Positions 51,648 to 64,000 of a stretch of DNA of 64,000 nt are shown here, piece by piece. This DNA is from Octopus vulgaris (Eukaryota). Position numbers and translations under genes: made by a program. The stretch covers positions 145,638,001-145,702,000 of the forward strand of contig OX597816.1 in the NCBI GenBank assembly GCA_951406725.2, given 5' to 3'. The notes under the pieces were generated by a model. That model made no database searches, was not told the origin of the DNA, and saw nothing but the letters and a program-made list of their open reading frames with translations. Each line of letters begins with the position of its first letter. Position 1 is the stretch's first letter.

Positions 51648-54290
51648 AGTTAGTTAGTTAGTTAGTTAATTTGGCTCAAAAGCAAATAGCAAGGCCATGT
51701 AGGGGGACATGGAGTTAAGTACAGGGTGGTGTTCATGTAAAGAGTTCAGGCCACTTGAGGTCCAGGGAGGCTTTGAACAAAGCGGTCGTCGGCATCTTCA
51801 CCATCTCGTCTGGCAGCTTGTTCCACGGATCCGCAACCCGGACGGAGAAAGCTCCTCTCCTTCGATTGAGATGAAATCGTCGCAGGTAGAGCTTTTCGGA
51901 ATGACCCCGCAGCCGACGCTCCGGAGCAGGAGTGAAGAACAGCTCTTTCGAGAGGTTACACTTCCGCTTATGATGTTGTGGGCGAGAATGAGATCACCAC
52001 GGCGGCGGCGTTTTTCAAGAGAATAAAGGTCGAGCGTCCTCAGCCTTTCTTCGTAGGACAAATTTTTGAGACCATGAACCATGCGGGTAGCCAGCCTCTG
52101 GACTCTTTCGAGATGCTGTATGTCTTTGAAGACATAAGGAGAAGAGGCTTGAATCCCATACTCCAATATGGGTCTCACCAGCGTGACATAGAGTGGCAGG
52201 AATATGGCTGCTGTGAACATTCCGAATGACCGTCGAATCAAAAACAGAATTCCGCGCGCTTTGTTGGCAGCATGGACGCACTGGGCCGAAGGCGAAAAGG
52301 AGGAATCCACCAAGATACCCAGGTCCTTTACCTGATCGGTCCTCTCCAGCAGCAGACGTCCCGGCTCGAAATCAAGTTGAGTTGCAGGAGTAGAGCCGAC
52401 AGGCAGATGGCAGCACTTTGACACGTTCAGACACAGGTCCCAATCGTTAGACCACTTCCAAATTTGGTGGAGGCATCGACGAAGATCCTCTATACTACCG
52501 CGAGGAGCGACCAGTTTGATATCGTCGGCAAATAGAAGGGTGTGTTGCGTGAGGTCGTCGGGCAAGCCATTTATGAAGACTAAGAACAACAAGGGCCCAA
52601 GCACTGAACCTTGAGGCACGCCACTGCTCGCACTGGAGACATCGGACCGCGAACCATTAACTTGAACTTGGAAGGAGCGATCTGAGAGGAAGGCACCAAC
52701 CCATCGTACAATATCCGGATGGAAACTATATGCTTGAAGCTTGACAAGTAGTAGGCGGTGGTTTACCGAGTCAAAAGCTTTGGCAAAGTCCAATAAAACG
52801 ATGTCAACAGCATCACTATCATCGAGGATGCGCGTCACCAATTCTTCCATTACTAGTAAATTGGTTAGGCATGATCTCTTCAGCACGAAGCCGTGTTGGG
52901 AATCAGTGATCGAGGCTGTGTTTAGGAGGTGGAGCATCATACTTTTCTTAAGGATGGTTTCGAACATCTTGCTGATTATTGATGTAAGGAAACCGGTCGG
53001 TAGTTAAGCGGGTCTTCGCGGCTCCCTTTCTTGAAAATTGGGCAGATTATCGCTGTTCTCCAGTCTGCAGGTATAACACCCGTCGCCAATGACATATTGA
53101 ATAGTCGTGTTAAGGGCTCGCAGATGACCGGAGCCAACGCTTTGATAACCCGTGGGTGTATGCCGTCAGGGCCGTGACCCTTGTTGACAACGAGGCTTTG
53201 AATAACACGTTTGACTTCGTCCCGCGTGATGATCAATCGAAGCATTGGAGGTACCGATCTATCAAATAGAGGGGGTTCACGACCATCATCTTCTTTGAAA
53301 ATAGTTGGAAAAGCCTCGGCAAATAATTGACTCTGTTGATAAGGGTCCTCAATCGATACGCCTGTTGAGTCTACCAACGTTGCAATCTGGTTGTTCAAGC
53401 GGGAATTCCGCTGGACATGGGCAAAGAAGGTTTTTGGATTGCTACTGGCATTTGCCGCGATTTTGTATTCATAACTGAAGCGTTCTTTCTTTTCAATTTT
53501 CACGGCTCGGTCTCGTTGAGTTTTGTACACCTCAAAAGCTGCAGTCGAATCCAGATTTTTGAATTCAGCCCAAGCAATATCTCTGAGTCGACGTTCTCGT
53601 TTAACCTTCTTCGTCACCCAGGGCTTGTGTTTCTTCCTCTTGGAAAGCCCAACGGGAACTGCCTGGTCAGTCAAACAGATTACATATGCTTTGAGGGATG
53701 ACCATAGTTCGTCAACTGAGGACAACGTCATCAGGGATCGCCAGTCCAGAAGCGCGGAAGCCTCGGTTAGAATTTCAAGATTAATTGCAGAGAAGACTCT
53801 ACGTGGCAGCGAAGTAATCGTGGGCGTGGAAAAAGTTGTGTGCATGACGAACTTCAGGACCGCATGATCACTCTTGGCAAGAGGGGCGCACACAGATACG
53901 TCTGACACTGATCTTGGATAGCGGGAGAATACCAGATCTAGCATAGATGGCTGCTGCCCAGACCGATGCCTTGTCGGATATTCAACATGTTGCGATAGAA
54001 ACAATCTTCAGCCACGTCAAGAAGGGCCTGGCCGAACCGGGAAGATGTTGTACAAATTGATGCGGGCCAATTGATCGTGGGAGCGTTGAAGTCGCCTAGT
54101 ACCAAGCAGTCATGCAAAGCTGAAACGAATCTTATCGCTTCGAGTAGATGAGCATCGTCCTGGGGGTCGGCTAGAGGCGGCCTGTAGACAGCCAACACGG
54201 GCAGGCAAAACTCAGATAGGCTCAGCTTGCAATAGACGATATCGAATTTTGTTGTAGGTTGAGCATTTGTGGGTAGAATACCGCAGGACG
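51648..54290 (-). mobile_element. CR1-clade LINE, young, 5'-truncated within the APE domain, with a (TAAC)n 3' tail
   Basis: GC-richer than its flanks. Continuous APE-RT coding over four frame segments, with the tail (GTTA)n on the plus strand at 51648-51669. Confidence 0.95.
51700..54250 (-). pseudogene. LINE ORF2 (apurinic endonuclease + reverse transcriptase) with three 1-bp frameshifts
   Basis: APE motifs: AVYRPP, VLGDFN, LDLVF, SDH. RT motifs: GPDGIHP, NYRPVSL, QHGF..SCLTNL, LDFAKAFDSV, GVPQGSVLGPLLF, LFADD, KDLGI, VRPILEYG, LERVQRLATRM, RRRRGDLI. Confidence 0.95.
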
Positions 54291-54769
54291 GTTTGTGCTC
54301 AGATTTATGTGCTAGGTCGGTGAAATTTTAGCCACAAGTTTTAAGAACAAATTTAAATGCAATAACAATATAACGTACAGTCATCTCATTTCCCCAATAA
54401 TGCGATTAGAAATCGAGCGTCATATTGTGACGTGAAGACAATCTTAAATTTGAAAATCTGCAAGATTTAGTGATTGGAGCGGACATATCAATATAAACAG
54501 AAGATAGTAAATAACGTGGTCAGACAAGAAATTACAGTTGACAAATACGTGGAAAGAAGAGAGCGCAAGATATAAAATTGAATAATAGTCAACAGGTATG
54601 TGTCGGCAGATATATATCTGTATGTGTATACACATACATACATACATACATACATACATACATACATACATACATACATACATACATAATAGACATATGT
54701 TTGTGGGTGTATGTATGTATGTTCTTTTAATGTTTTATTCTTTTATGCGTTTCATACCTTAGACTGTAG

Positions 54770-55830
54770 TCATGCTGAGGCACTACCAGCGAAATCACCT
54801 TTTCAATGGCCAGTTTTGTGTGATTGGTTTTGGTGAAGGAGGGAGTTCGTCACTGCTGTCCTCTTTTGTGTCTCCTACCTTTTATTGGCTCACCTGGGAT
54901 CGTGGGTCGCAAGACGTCAAGTTGTTTCTTGAAGACAACTACACTTACTCCATAAAGATCCCTCAGATGTTTTGAAAAGGCGTTAGATAGCTGTGGGCCC
55001 TTGAATCCCAAGCTATTGCAGTACATAGTCTTCATTCAAGATGGGACAGCTGGTACATTTGGAATAGTGCAGTGATATCCAATTACGGGTCTGATATAGC
55101 TCTTGACTCCAACGTTTGGTTACAGACCTCCAGTATCTTCAATACATACCTCTTCAATACAAAATATACTGCATACCTCTTCAACACATACTGCATACTT
55201 CTCCAGTTTTCAATCCAGTGAGTAGAGTCGTAGCTCTTTCAGTCTCTCACAGTAGCTTGGCTGTTGCATTAATGCAATCATCCTTGTGTAACGTCACTAA
55301 ACCACCTTAACATCCGCTATTAAATGACACTGTAGGGAGACCACAGTTGAGAGAAAGAGTCCAGACGTCTGAGGAAAAATGTCCTCCATACGACCAGCAT
55401 AGTTTCCTCAGAATCCATCCGGTCATTCGTCTGAACATTGCCACTATATTGGTGATATGCATGAGCATCGAGGCATCGTTGCTCACATCAATCCCAAAAT
55501 CAGGCACCGTATGTGATTTTAGGATTGCCGTTCCTATTGGTCCAAAGTATCGTTGTTGCGATTTCTGAGCACAATTTAGATGGCAGCAGAAGGCTTTGCA
55601 CGCAATATATTGCATGTTATTTTCCTCAGCTCATTTATATACGGCATCTAGGCCTTTGTGTTGAAGATTAGTATCAAAAAGTTCCTTGACTGCTTGTATT
55701 GTATTACCTTTGTGTTGTCGGCATAGCGAATAAGTGTAACTGTGTAAATGATGGCATGTCTGAGTCACCATGGATAGCAGCGGCCCCAACATATTTCCTT
55801 GAGGTACTCTATCAATAATTGCCATTTCTT
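54770..55830 (-). mobile_element. Older decayed CR1/L2-group LINE 3' portion
   Basis: VPQGNMLGPLL, YADNTK, DFGIDVSND, GFKGPQLSNAFSKHLRDL..FKKQLD, in order and with many disruptions. Confidence 0.78.
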
Positions 55831-55860
55831 TGTGTAGTGCTGTGGTATGTATGTATGTAT

Positions 55861-55905
55861 GTATTGTACACACAAGTATTGTACACACAAGTATTGTACA
55901 CACAA
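55861..55905. repeat. 15-bp tandem repeat x3
   Basis: (gtattgtacacacaa)3. Confidence 0.9.
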
Positions 55906-56065
55906 CAAAGTAGGCTTTTGCATGATCCCAATTACGGTCTGTCAAAATTTGATCTTTGGGTCCCTTCCTAAATTTAATGATGATCTAAATGTAAAAAAAG
56001 TGAAATATTTTATGAATGAAGTCTTTGTCTTTTCTCTTATTACTTCAGTAATACATTATATATAT

Positions 56066-56152
<87 letters not shown>

Positions 56153-58101
56153 CATATGTCAAATATATTTTCCCACGTATTCACCCTTTTAAATTTATGA
56201 TTAGTTCATTTTTCCAACAGTTTTCCACTTATTTTGCTCTAAAATATTTCATAAATCAATATTATTAACTTTCGGTCTTTCAGGCATTGAATATTCTGAA
56301 TTGTCGGTATTTCACTCTTTCGGTATACTAATTTTCTGTTTATTTGAAACCAAGCTACAAGTGTTATATTTGATTTCTTTATCCTTATTTTCATATTCAA
56401 CATATCAACTACAGGCATCTGATCACCAACTACAAAATAATAATAATAATAATAAATATAAATAAAATCATCTGCCTATACAGGAATGCTTTCACCTATT
56501 AAACACTTTAAGTATTATATAGGCACTTTTCTGCCATGTAATTTAATAATTGAAGTAAGAATGCCGCAGGCATAAGACTTTGATTATGGTTGTCTCGGTG
56601 ATGGCGTCATAACACTTCACTCCGTAGGTGAGCTGTGTTTTTATTTTCAGCTGTATTCTTGAAGAATCCGTAATATCTATTTTAAGTCATTGATATTCGT
56701 TACACTTTTATCCAAAATTTATACATTAGTGGTTCAGACGCAATATATTATAGCTAATTTGATATACCAGACGTGGAGATCTTCAGTTAAAAGTTTACTT
56801 TTATCGTTATTCTGTATCAGAGAAGTACGGGCAAAACTGACGTTTTAAATACATTTTTCATGTATTGATTGCATTACTACATACGATGACATTAACCGAA
56901 TTGGTACATGTGCATTCTAAATTATTTCTGCATATAACATTTTGGAGCATACCACTCCAATCGTAATATTGAAATTAAAAAGTTTAAAGAAAAACGATTG
57001 AGATATGGCGTTGAAAGTAATAACTATCTTGGCAGTAGCATGTAAGGTAACATTATGCTATGCATCACTTACTTCAATAGTACTAAACGATTTATCAGAA
57101 AATGTATTGTTAAACAAGGTGACTAAGTGGGATCGTGTAAACACCGAGAAAGAAGAATTTATTAATTGTTTTAGAGTAGCCAACCTCTTTTACAGTTAGA
57201 AATATTTGCTTGAAGAATCTGTGACAATGCTCCAACGAGGTTCTTCAGTATACATCAAATAGTAAACAACTTTCTCAAAACTCGAAGAATACATATGAAA
57301 AGACAGAATTATAAGTCTGAATTGCCTTTGATTATTTGTCAACACCACAAGATGGACCTGGGTCTAAACAACAACATCAACACGTCGTCTTTGAACGTCA
57401 ATTTCATTTCCGATTGAATAAACTTTGCAATAGATGATCACAGGATTGAAGCTGACAGAATTTTGTAATTGCAGGTTTACTGAGTTTAATATATGGTGGT
57501 AAATAAGAGGTGGTGTAAGATCGGTAGAAGGTTAGAATGAACAATTTCTACAAACAAATGTTGACAAAAAACACAAACGAAAACAAACTGAAAACAATTA
57601 AGTTTAGAGCATTTCCTATTTAGTACAAATATAATGGATTTGGTGAAATCTAATTGGTGGAAAAAAATCCATTAAAACCGCCATTGATACCATACATTTA
57701 TTTCCCTTCTTCGGTAAATTCTGGTTTCGTACACTCGAGTTATGTAAAATATACATGCAGAATACAAAAAGACTAAGATTTGTTATATAGACATTTGCAG
57801 ATCGTGTCAACACGGTAATTTTAATACAAAATTGAAATGTGTTTCAAATATGTGACTGCGTCTTTAAGTTAATTTACCAAACTTAATATCTTCACAAATA
57901 AATAATTTCTTCTCGAACTATACACTACATATTATTTGATCGTTCCTAGACAAGTTCCTTTGGTTTCCTAGAAAGCAGTTACACCTGACAATAAATAGGG
58001 TAATAATAAAGTTTGCATTACGTAATTGCATGTAGGGTACTATTTTACTCTCGGTTTAAGCACTATTATTTTCCAAGAATATTTTTATAATATTTGAATG
58101 G

Positions 58102-58188
58102 TTCATCATCATCATCATCATCATCACCATCACCACCACCACCACCGCCACCGTCTCCGCCGCCGCCTCCGCCACCACCACCACAACT

Positions 58189-58232
<44 letters not shown>

Positions 58233-58348
58233 TATAATTTTTATTATTATTATTATTATGATTATTATTATTATTATTAATAATAATAATGATAATAGTT
58301 ATTATTATTATTATTATTAAATATTATTATCATTATTATTATTATTAC

Positions 58349-58410
<62 letters not shown>
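58102..58410. repeat. (CAT)n/(CAC)n/(TAT)n trinucleotide array
   Basis: Directly visible; it produces the poly-His/Tyr ORF. Confidence 0.95.
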
Positions 58411-58419
58411 TCTTTCTTA

Positions 58420-58715
58420 TTATATTGAACCTCACAGCTTATTTTGCTGGGTATGATGGAAAGTGTCAGCTCTCCGCAGTCAGCAGTCTAAGGCGACACT
58501 GATTTACTGGTCATGCCTTAACAACTCTTCGAAGAATTCTTAGAGTTTCAAGCAATGCTGATTTTTGTAGGTGTTCTACCTTCACACATGCACCAATCTT
58601 TTTCAGCCATGCTTATACTTCGAAGTGCACCAGTTACTATTGGCATCACGTCTACACTCCTCATTCTCCACTACCTTCGTACTTCCCACTTCAAACCGTT
58701 ATAGTTGTTAATTTT
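58420..58715 (-). mobile_element. R4/Dong-clade LINE 3' fragment between (TAA)n arrays
   Basis: Minus strand reads ..EVRR*WRMRSVDVMPIVTGALRS..LKKIG..VEHLQKSALLETLRILRRV. Confidence 0.8.
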
Positions 58716-58719
58716 TCTT

Positions 58720-58742
58720 TATTATTATTATTATTGTTATTA

Positions 58743-58795
<53 letters not shown>

Positions 58796-58838
58796 ATCAT
58801 TATTATTGTTGTTGTTGTTGTTGTTGTTATTAGTATTG

Positions 58839-58920
<82 letters not shown>

Positions 58921-58930
58921 AAGTAGTAGT
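58720..58930. repeat. (TAT)n/(TGT)n/(TAG)n array
   Basis: Directly visible. Confidence 0.95.
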
Positions 58931-58944
58931 CATGGTGGCTGCAG

Positions 58945-60560
58945 CACCAGAATTTTCCTTTGATCTACATATTTGATGCAATTAATTGCTGGCTTACACC
59001 CAGCGACCTAGATTGAGTAAAGGTTAAAAGATGTTAAAATATAACTGAAAGCTTGGGGAGGGAGCGTTAGGAGGGTAGTATAGAAATGCATTCATATAAT
59101 ACAACACAAAAATTTTAATTAATAGGATTTACCAAGGTTGTGGCCAGTACTTACCAGCACAATGTTTTGGGTTTCTGTGAGATATGGCTTTCCTGGGGTG
59201 TTTTTAATTGTTTCTGACATCCCCCTTTTCATCATACCTAATCCACCCACAATTATAGAAAAAGTGTTTGGTTTAGGATATCTCCTGTTTTGCATCTTTT
59301 GCATTTTTCAGGCCCATGTATTTAGTGATTTGTCAAATTCCTCTAGAGACATATTTTATCAGTGGAGAGACCTCTAGACACATATTTTATCAGTGGGAAC
59401 ACTTACATCTATCAGTCTATAAGCATTTTCGCCTTTTCTTTAATAAGTATGTCTTGTCGATTAGTATGGTTGGTTCTGCTTGTGTTGACTGGTAAATACC
59501 AGAGGATGGTACATTTTTACCTTCGACGACTAGTTCAGGATGCTGTTCAGACCAGTTAGCAGGAGTTTTGATTTGGTAGAGCTTACATTTTTCTAATGCA
59601 AGTAGTGCCCTGACGTATCGTGGAAATTTTTTTATGCATTTCGTGTTAGCAAAGGGCGGTCCAAAACCAAATGGCGTATTTTTTTTTCAAATGTGCTGCA
59701 TTTTGGGTTAGCACATTTTTAAAGAATATTCACCAGGTAGTTTCTGCCACACAATCTTAGATCTTTTACTGCCCGTATGAAGCCTTGAGTCTCTGCTTTC
59801 AATTCTGAAGTCCTAGGACTCTGATTGGTTGTTTCCTGGTCTACAACAGCATTTTGACATCGAAGAATATATTGTCAATGCACGGAATCCCGGTTCTATT
59901 TGCCCCTGTTCATTCGTTTGGAAATCTGCCTGATTTGTTTTGCTTGCTTGGTTGCAGTAGATTCATTTTTTTCCTCGAACTCAGCTCTCTTGACAATAGA
60001 ATGCAACTTTTGTCTTCTTTGATGATCGCTCACAACCCTCTGTACAAGTTTAGTACCTTTTCTTTTGTATAATGATGTTTTAATACCATATTTCTAATTG
60101 CGTCATTCATCCACTGCTTCTAGTTGGGTACTGTCAGTGAACATCTGCCTTAGAGTGGTGTACGTAATTATATGTCAATAATTTTCTTGTTTTCCTTTAG
60201 AGTTTCACGGGATTCTAGCTAACGATATTAAGACTGAATGGAAAGAATGGATTTGCCAGGCTGTTAATGGCGTCTGTATGATTTGTTAAGTTCAGACTTC
60301 AGTACAAGTGTTATTCTCCTAAAGTACTCCTCTCATATTTTTTCCTTTTTAATGGCATGGCTTCTACTATCTCCTGCGGTTATTCCCAGTTATTTATATG
60401 TTTCTGGTGGGTTAAGTTCTTGATGGCAGCGTCGATATCTAATTTAATATACGTTGCTTGTTTTAGCTTGCCTCTTAGAAGCGGTGCTTTAACACACTTA
60501 TCGAAGGCAAAATCAATCCATGTATCTTGTGTAATTATATATTGTAGAAAATATGTTCTG
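58945..60560 (-). mobile_element. R4/Dong-clade LINE, decayed
   Basis: Minus strand: thumb-region remnants, GLQN*KQRLK (GLKxETEG-like), WYLPV..NRQDILIK, IIVGGLGMMKRG..IKNTPGKPYLTETQNIVLVSTGHNL. Homologous to the 8759-9690 ORF. Confidence 0.75.
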
Positions 60561-63148
60561 CTTTAATCATTGTTCTACCGACAATAAGAACTGAAACGTG
60601 AAAGAAAAATATAAAAATATTTCATGTTGTTAGTTTATATATTTATTTGAGAGATACGCAGAATTGGGGACCTCTATTTGTCTACAAAGTTACTTAGTAT
60701 GATACGGTGTCTGAAACAGAAGCAACAGTGTAAACTTAAAGTTGTTTAAATCTTAATATATTTATATTTGCTTTACGGCGACGCAGTGTGGGTGATTAGA
60801 CCACTGGAGTAGAGAAATTAACGACTACGGAGGATAGTAAGTGTATCTAAAAGATTCAGCGCATTTAAGTAAGTTTTTGACATGAAGCATATTTCGTAGA
60901 GATAGAACACAATTGGGTTGAAATAATTTGTATGTATTTATGGCAATACAAGCTGTTCGGGATAGATTTGTCAGTTTGAAAACGGAAAATGAAACCCAAA
61001 ACCCATCCAAAAATGAAAGTGTTTTAAAAGATCAAATATTATCGACAAGATTATGGCTACTCAGGTTACTCAAAGCAGTCACTATCAGGTGCCATTACGG
61101 CCTCAAGACAGCTCCTGAACTTAGCACATTTAGAGATGATTTCCGGTGCGCAGATGCAGTTAGAACGTCTACTGAATTCCTTTCTGCTAGCCCCTGTTTT
61201 CTAGCCTCATTTTGAGCTATGTTACGGCTTATAACATTTACAGTGCTTACAGAGCATTGGACTGTAGTAGTAATGCCAGCACATTGATAATCGGCGCGAA
61301 TGATCACGATGTAGGTAACTCTTTTCCAATATTCAGTTAATTTTCAGTCCTCCAGTTCAGCTAACCTTTTCTCATCTACAACTTATGCCCTTCCGTCGTT
61401 GGCCGTTCACCAATACATCAGGATATTTCTGAAACAAGGAGACATACAGTCTTATATGTGTAACATCCTCTGGTACTGCATAAAATGTTGCAAGACGGAA
61501 AAGACAACCCCTTTCGAAATTGAAACCGATGTTCAGCAAGGTTAAGAAGCATACATTTTCAAAGGGTTTAGCCTAATTTTAATAATTGATCCGGAGCCGA
61601 AAACTATTGCATTTTTTGCATTTTGGGGATTTTGTAAATAAATTTCATAGAAATATATGATCATCGAAAAATTCAATATATTACTTATATGTCCCACAGC
61701 TACCTTCAAATATTTCTGTTCTACAGTCAAATATTTCTCTTCATCCAGCTCTTTTTTGTTCCTAGCTACACATCCATTTCCACATCAACACCATCTTTCC
61801 CAGCATATTTTTTTTCGCCAAAGCACTCATGCAAAAACTATAGTGTGTAGTACAAAGTTATATTACGGGTCCTTACGCAAGTTTAGTGGAACAGAAAAAC
61901 GCTTAATATCATAATACTTCCTTAACTGCAAGTATTAATGAGTGTCACTGTCATATTTAACATAGCTGTATTCAAAATGTTTACGCTTTAACAATGAATA
62001 ACCTAGGTGATATTTCTTCATTTTGCGCCTGCCCGGAATCTTTAGATCTTCACAACCTTTGTCTTTCTACGACATACTATTCGGCTTATCTTTGCTCTTC
62101 ACTGCTTTATTACTGACTGCCACAACCATTCTTTGCATTACTGGGGGAAAATAATTCTTCCTTCATAATAACTAAGGTACAATATGTAAAGTACATACAC
62201 ACACACACAAAATTAAAAGAAAAGCACCAAACAGAGTGCGTTATTTTCTCCATTTTCTCCATTTACAGTTGCAAAAACATTTATATAATTTTATTTTACG
62301 TCAAAGCGAGAAAATCATAGCGTACATACTGATTACCTAATTGTTTGGACTGGTTTCTCTACGAAAATCTCTTCCACTTTGTTACTTCTCCCTCTAGATC
62401 CGTCATTCTTTCTACAATATTTACTCTCTTTCGACTCATTGCTTTTAAAGTTATATAATTTAATATGTTTAAATCAATATTCATGAGCTGCTTCGTAAAG
62501 GTATCTTCGGAATAAGAATTGATTAGATTCGAGTGTATTACAAATAAGAATGAATCAGTTCATTCAATGATTATCACACCTTCTAGTGGAATATAACAGG
62601 GCTAAACAGATATGGACACACGCAAACACACACGCACGCACAGTCATGCAGAGGCATGCAGAGCTACACACACACACACGCACACACACATATACAAACA
62701 CATACAAACACACACTTACACACACGCACACACAAGTATACATACATGAACATATATACACACATGTACACTCATATACCGAGACACGCATATATGGTCC
62801 GGCGCTGCGAAACAGGGTTGGCGGGACTGCGTTAACACCCTTATATCGCCTTTCGTCCTGTAGGTATTCAACGGAGTCTTGGTATAACTATTCAAAGCAG
62901 GAGAAATTTCAAGTCTGAAGCAGGAAATGTTTTTAGATACGGGCGGTGGCAGAAAACTTCTTTCTTAGTGTTTAAAGTATCCCCGGGTCGGACAAGCTTT
63001 TTAGGATTCCTGCCCTAGGCAGGATGCTCATGTAGAGTATACAATGACTGCCCAGCGGGTTCGATCCGAAGCCGAGGGGCTCGTGTATGAGACTGATGTC
63101 GTAGTCGCCACTGGTAGCCAAAGTAACAGCCTAAGCAGCAACGGCAGT

Positions 63149-63515
63149 GGAGGCGCAATGGCCCAGTGGTTAGGGCAGCGGACTCGCGGTCGGAAAATCG
63201 CAGTTTCGATTCCCAGACCGGGCGTTGTGTGTGTTTATTGAGCGAAAACACCTAAAACTCCACGAGGCTCCGGCAGGGGGTGGTCCCGACCCATGTTGTA
63301 CTCTTTCTCCCCAACTTTCTCTCACTCTTTCTTCCTGTTTCTTGACCCCGACCTCTTACGCAACCGCTGAGACTGGATGCGCATTCATCCATCCGTCAAT
63401 GCTCTCGGTGTCGGGAGTTGACCTGCTTTCTCTTCTGCGGGTCTTACGAATAGCAAAGGACCACGTTTCGGACTTCTCCCATCCTGCGAGCTCTGGGACG
63501 AAGACCGTTCGCTCA
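63149..63515 (+). mobile_element. tRNA-derived SINE family C
   Basis: Head ggaggcgcaatggcccagtggttagggcagcggactcgcggtc..gtttcgattccc with A-box TGGCCCAGTGG and a B-box. GC-rich body with a (CAA/CAG)n tail from 63514. Confidence 0.85.
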
Positions 63516-64000
63516 ACAGCAACAGCAGCAACAGCAACAGCAAGAGCAGCACGGCAAATCCGCCGACAACAACGACGACAATGATAGAAACCAGAGCAAC
63601 AGCACAAGCGGCAACGATGCACCTACTGACAACAGTAACAACCACAATGTTAGCCGCGACGGTGATGGTGGGCAGGTAGCCTGAATTAACTAGGATTTCT
63701 CTTTTTAGTATGATAATGTAGGATATGCCTGCATGTACATGTATATTTTTGTATACATTTGTAAATTTAGTAGAACAAAAGAAAGAAAGATACTTAACAT
63801 GATGGATGAGTATTGAATTGAATTGAACCAGTTTCAGCTCACGAGTTGTGGTCGTTTAAATTCTTTACAAAACGGAAACAACCAGAGAAAATTTTTCATA
63901 TTTTATCCACTTTCCTGTATAAGCCTGAAAGCTGAATCATTCTTCAAATCATGTGCGTCTTTAGAATCCTAGATATTAAACCGCAAGTATATTTCGAAGT

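Noticed and set aside
51709-53867. Plus-strand ORFs overlapping the CR1 element
   Set aside because: Antisense shadows of the GC-rich LINE ORF2.
58098-58981. Poly-His/Tyr, poly-Thr/Asn and poly-Leu/Val ORFs
   Set aside because: Trinucleotide arrays flanking LINE fragments.
60930-61440. ORFs of 70-95 aa in non-repetitive sequence (possible exon or Tc1 HTH remnant)
   Set aside because: No recognisable domain, and no convincing splice context or TIRs.

Overview
AT-rich, microsatellite-dense eukaryotic DNA with no host protein-coding exon that I can support. The SINE families and simple-repeat load suggest a cephalopod (Octopus-like) intergenic or intronic region; this is an inference. The window is a mosaic of mobile elements. 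Retroelements: a decayed RTE LINE, a young near-intact CR1-clade LINE with an older neighbour, about six R4/Dong-type LINE fragments mostly embedded in (TAA)n-type repeats, two Penelope GIY-YIG remnants and three tRNA-derived SINE families. DNA transposons: Mutator-type MITEs with 8-9 bp TSDs, plus mariner, Tc1, hAT and piggyBac derivatives. The most notable signal is a set of minimal hammerhead-ribozyme motifs (CTGANGA-stem-GAAACGTH). Two of them lie in a composite element made of a tRNA-like Pol III head, an (AAT)n tract and a hammerhead. In one copy of this element a Dong-type LINE has inserted into the (AAT)n tract. Most ORFs in the supplied track are microsatellite translations. Coordinates were read by eye, and boundaries of decayed elements are approximate.
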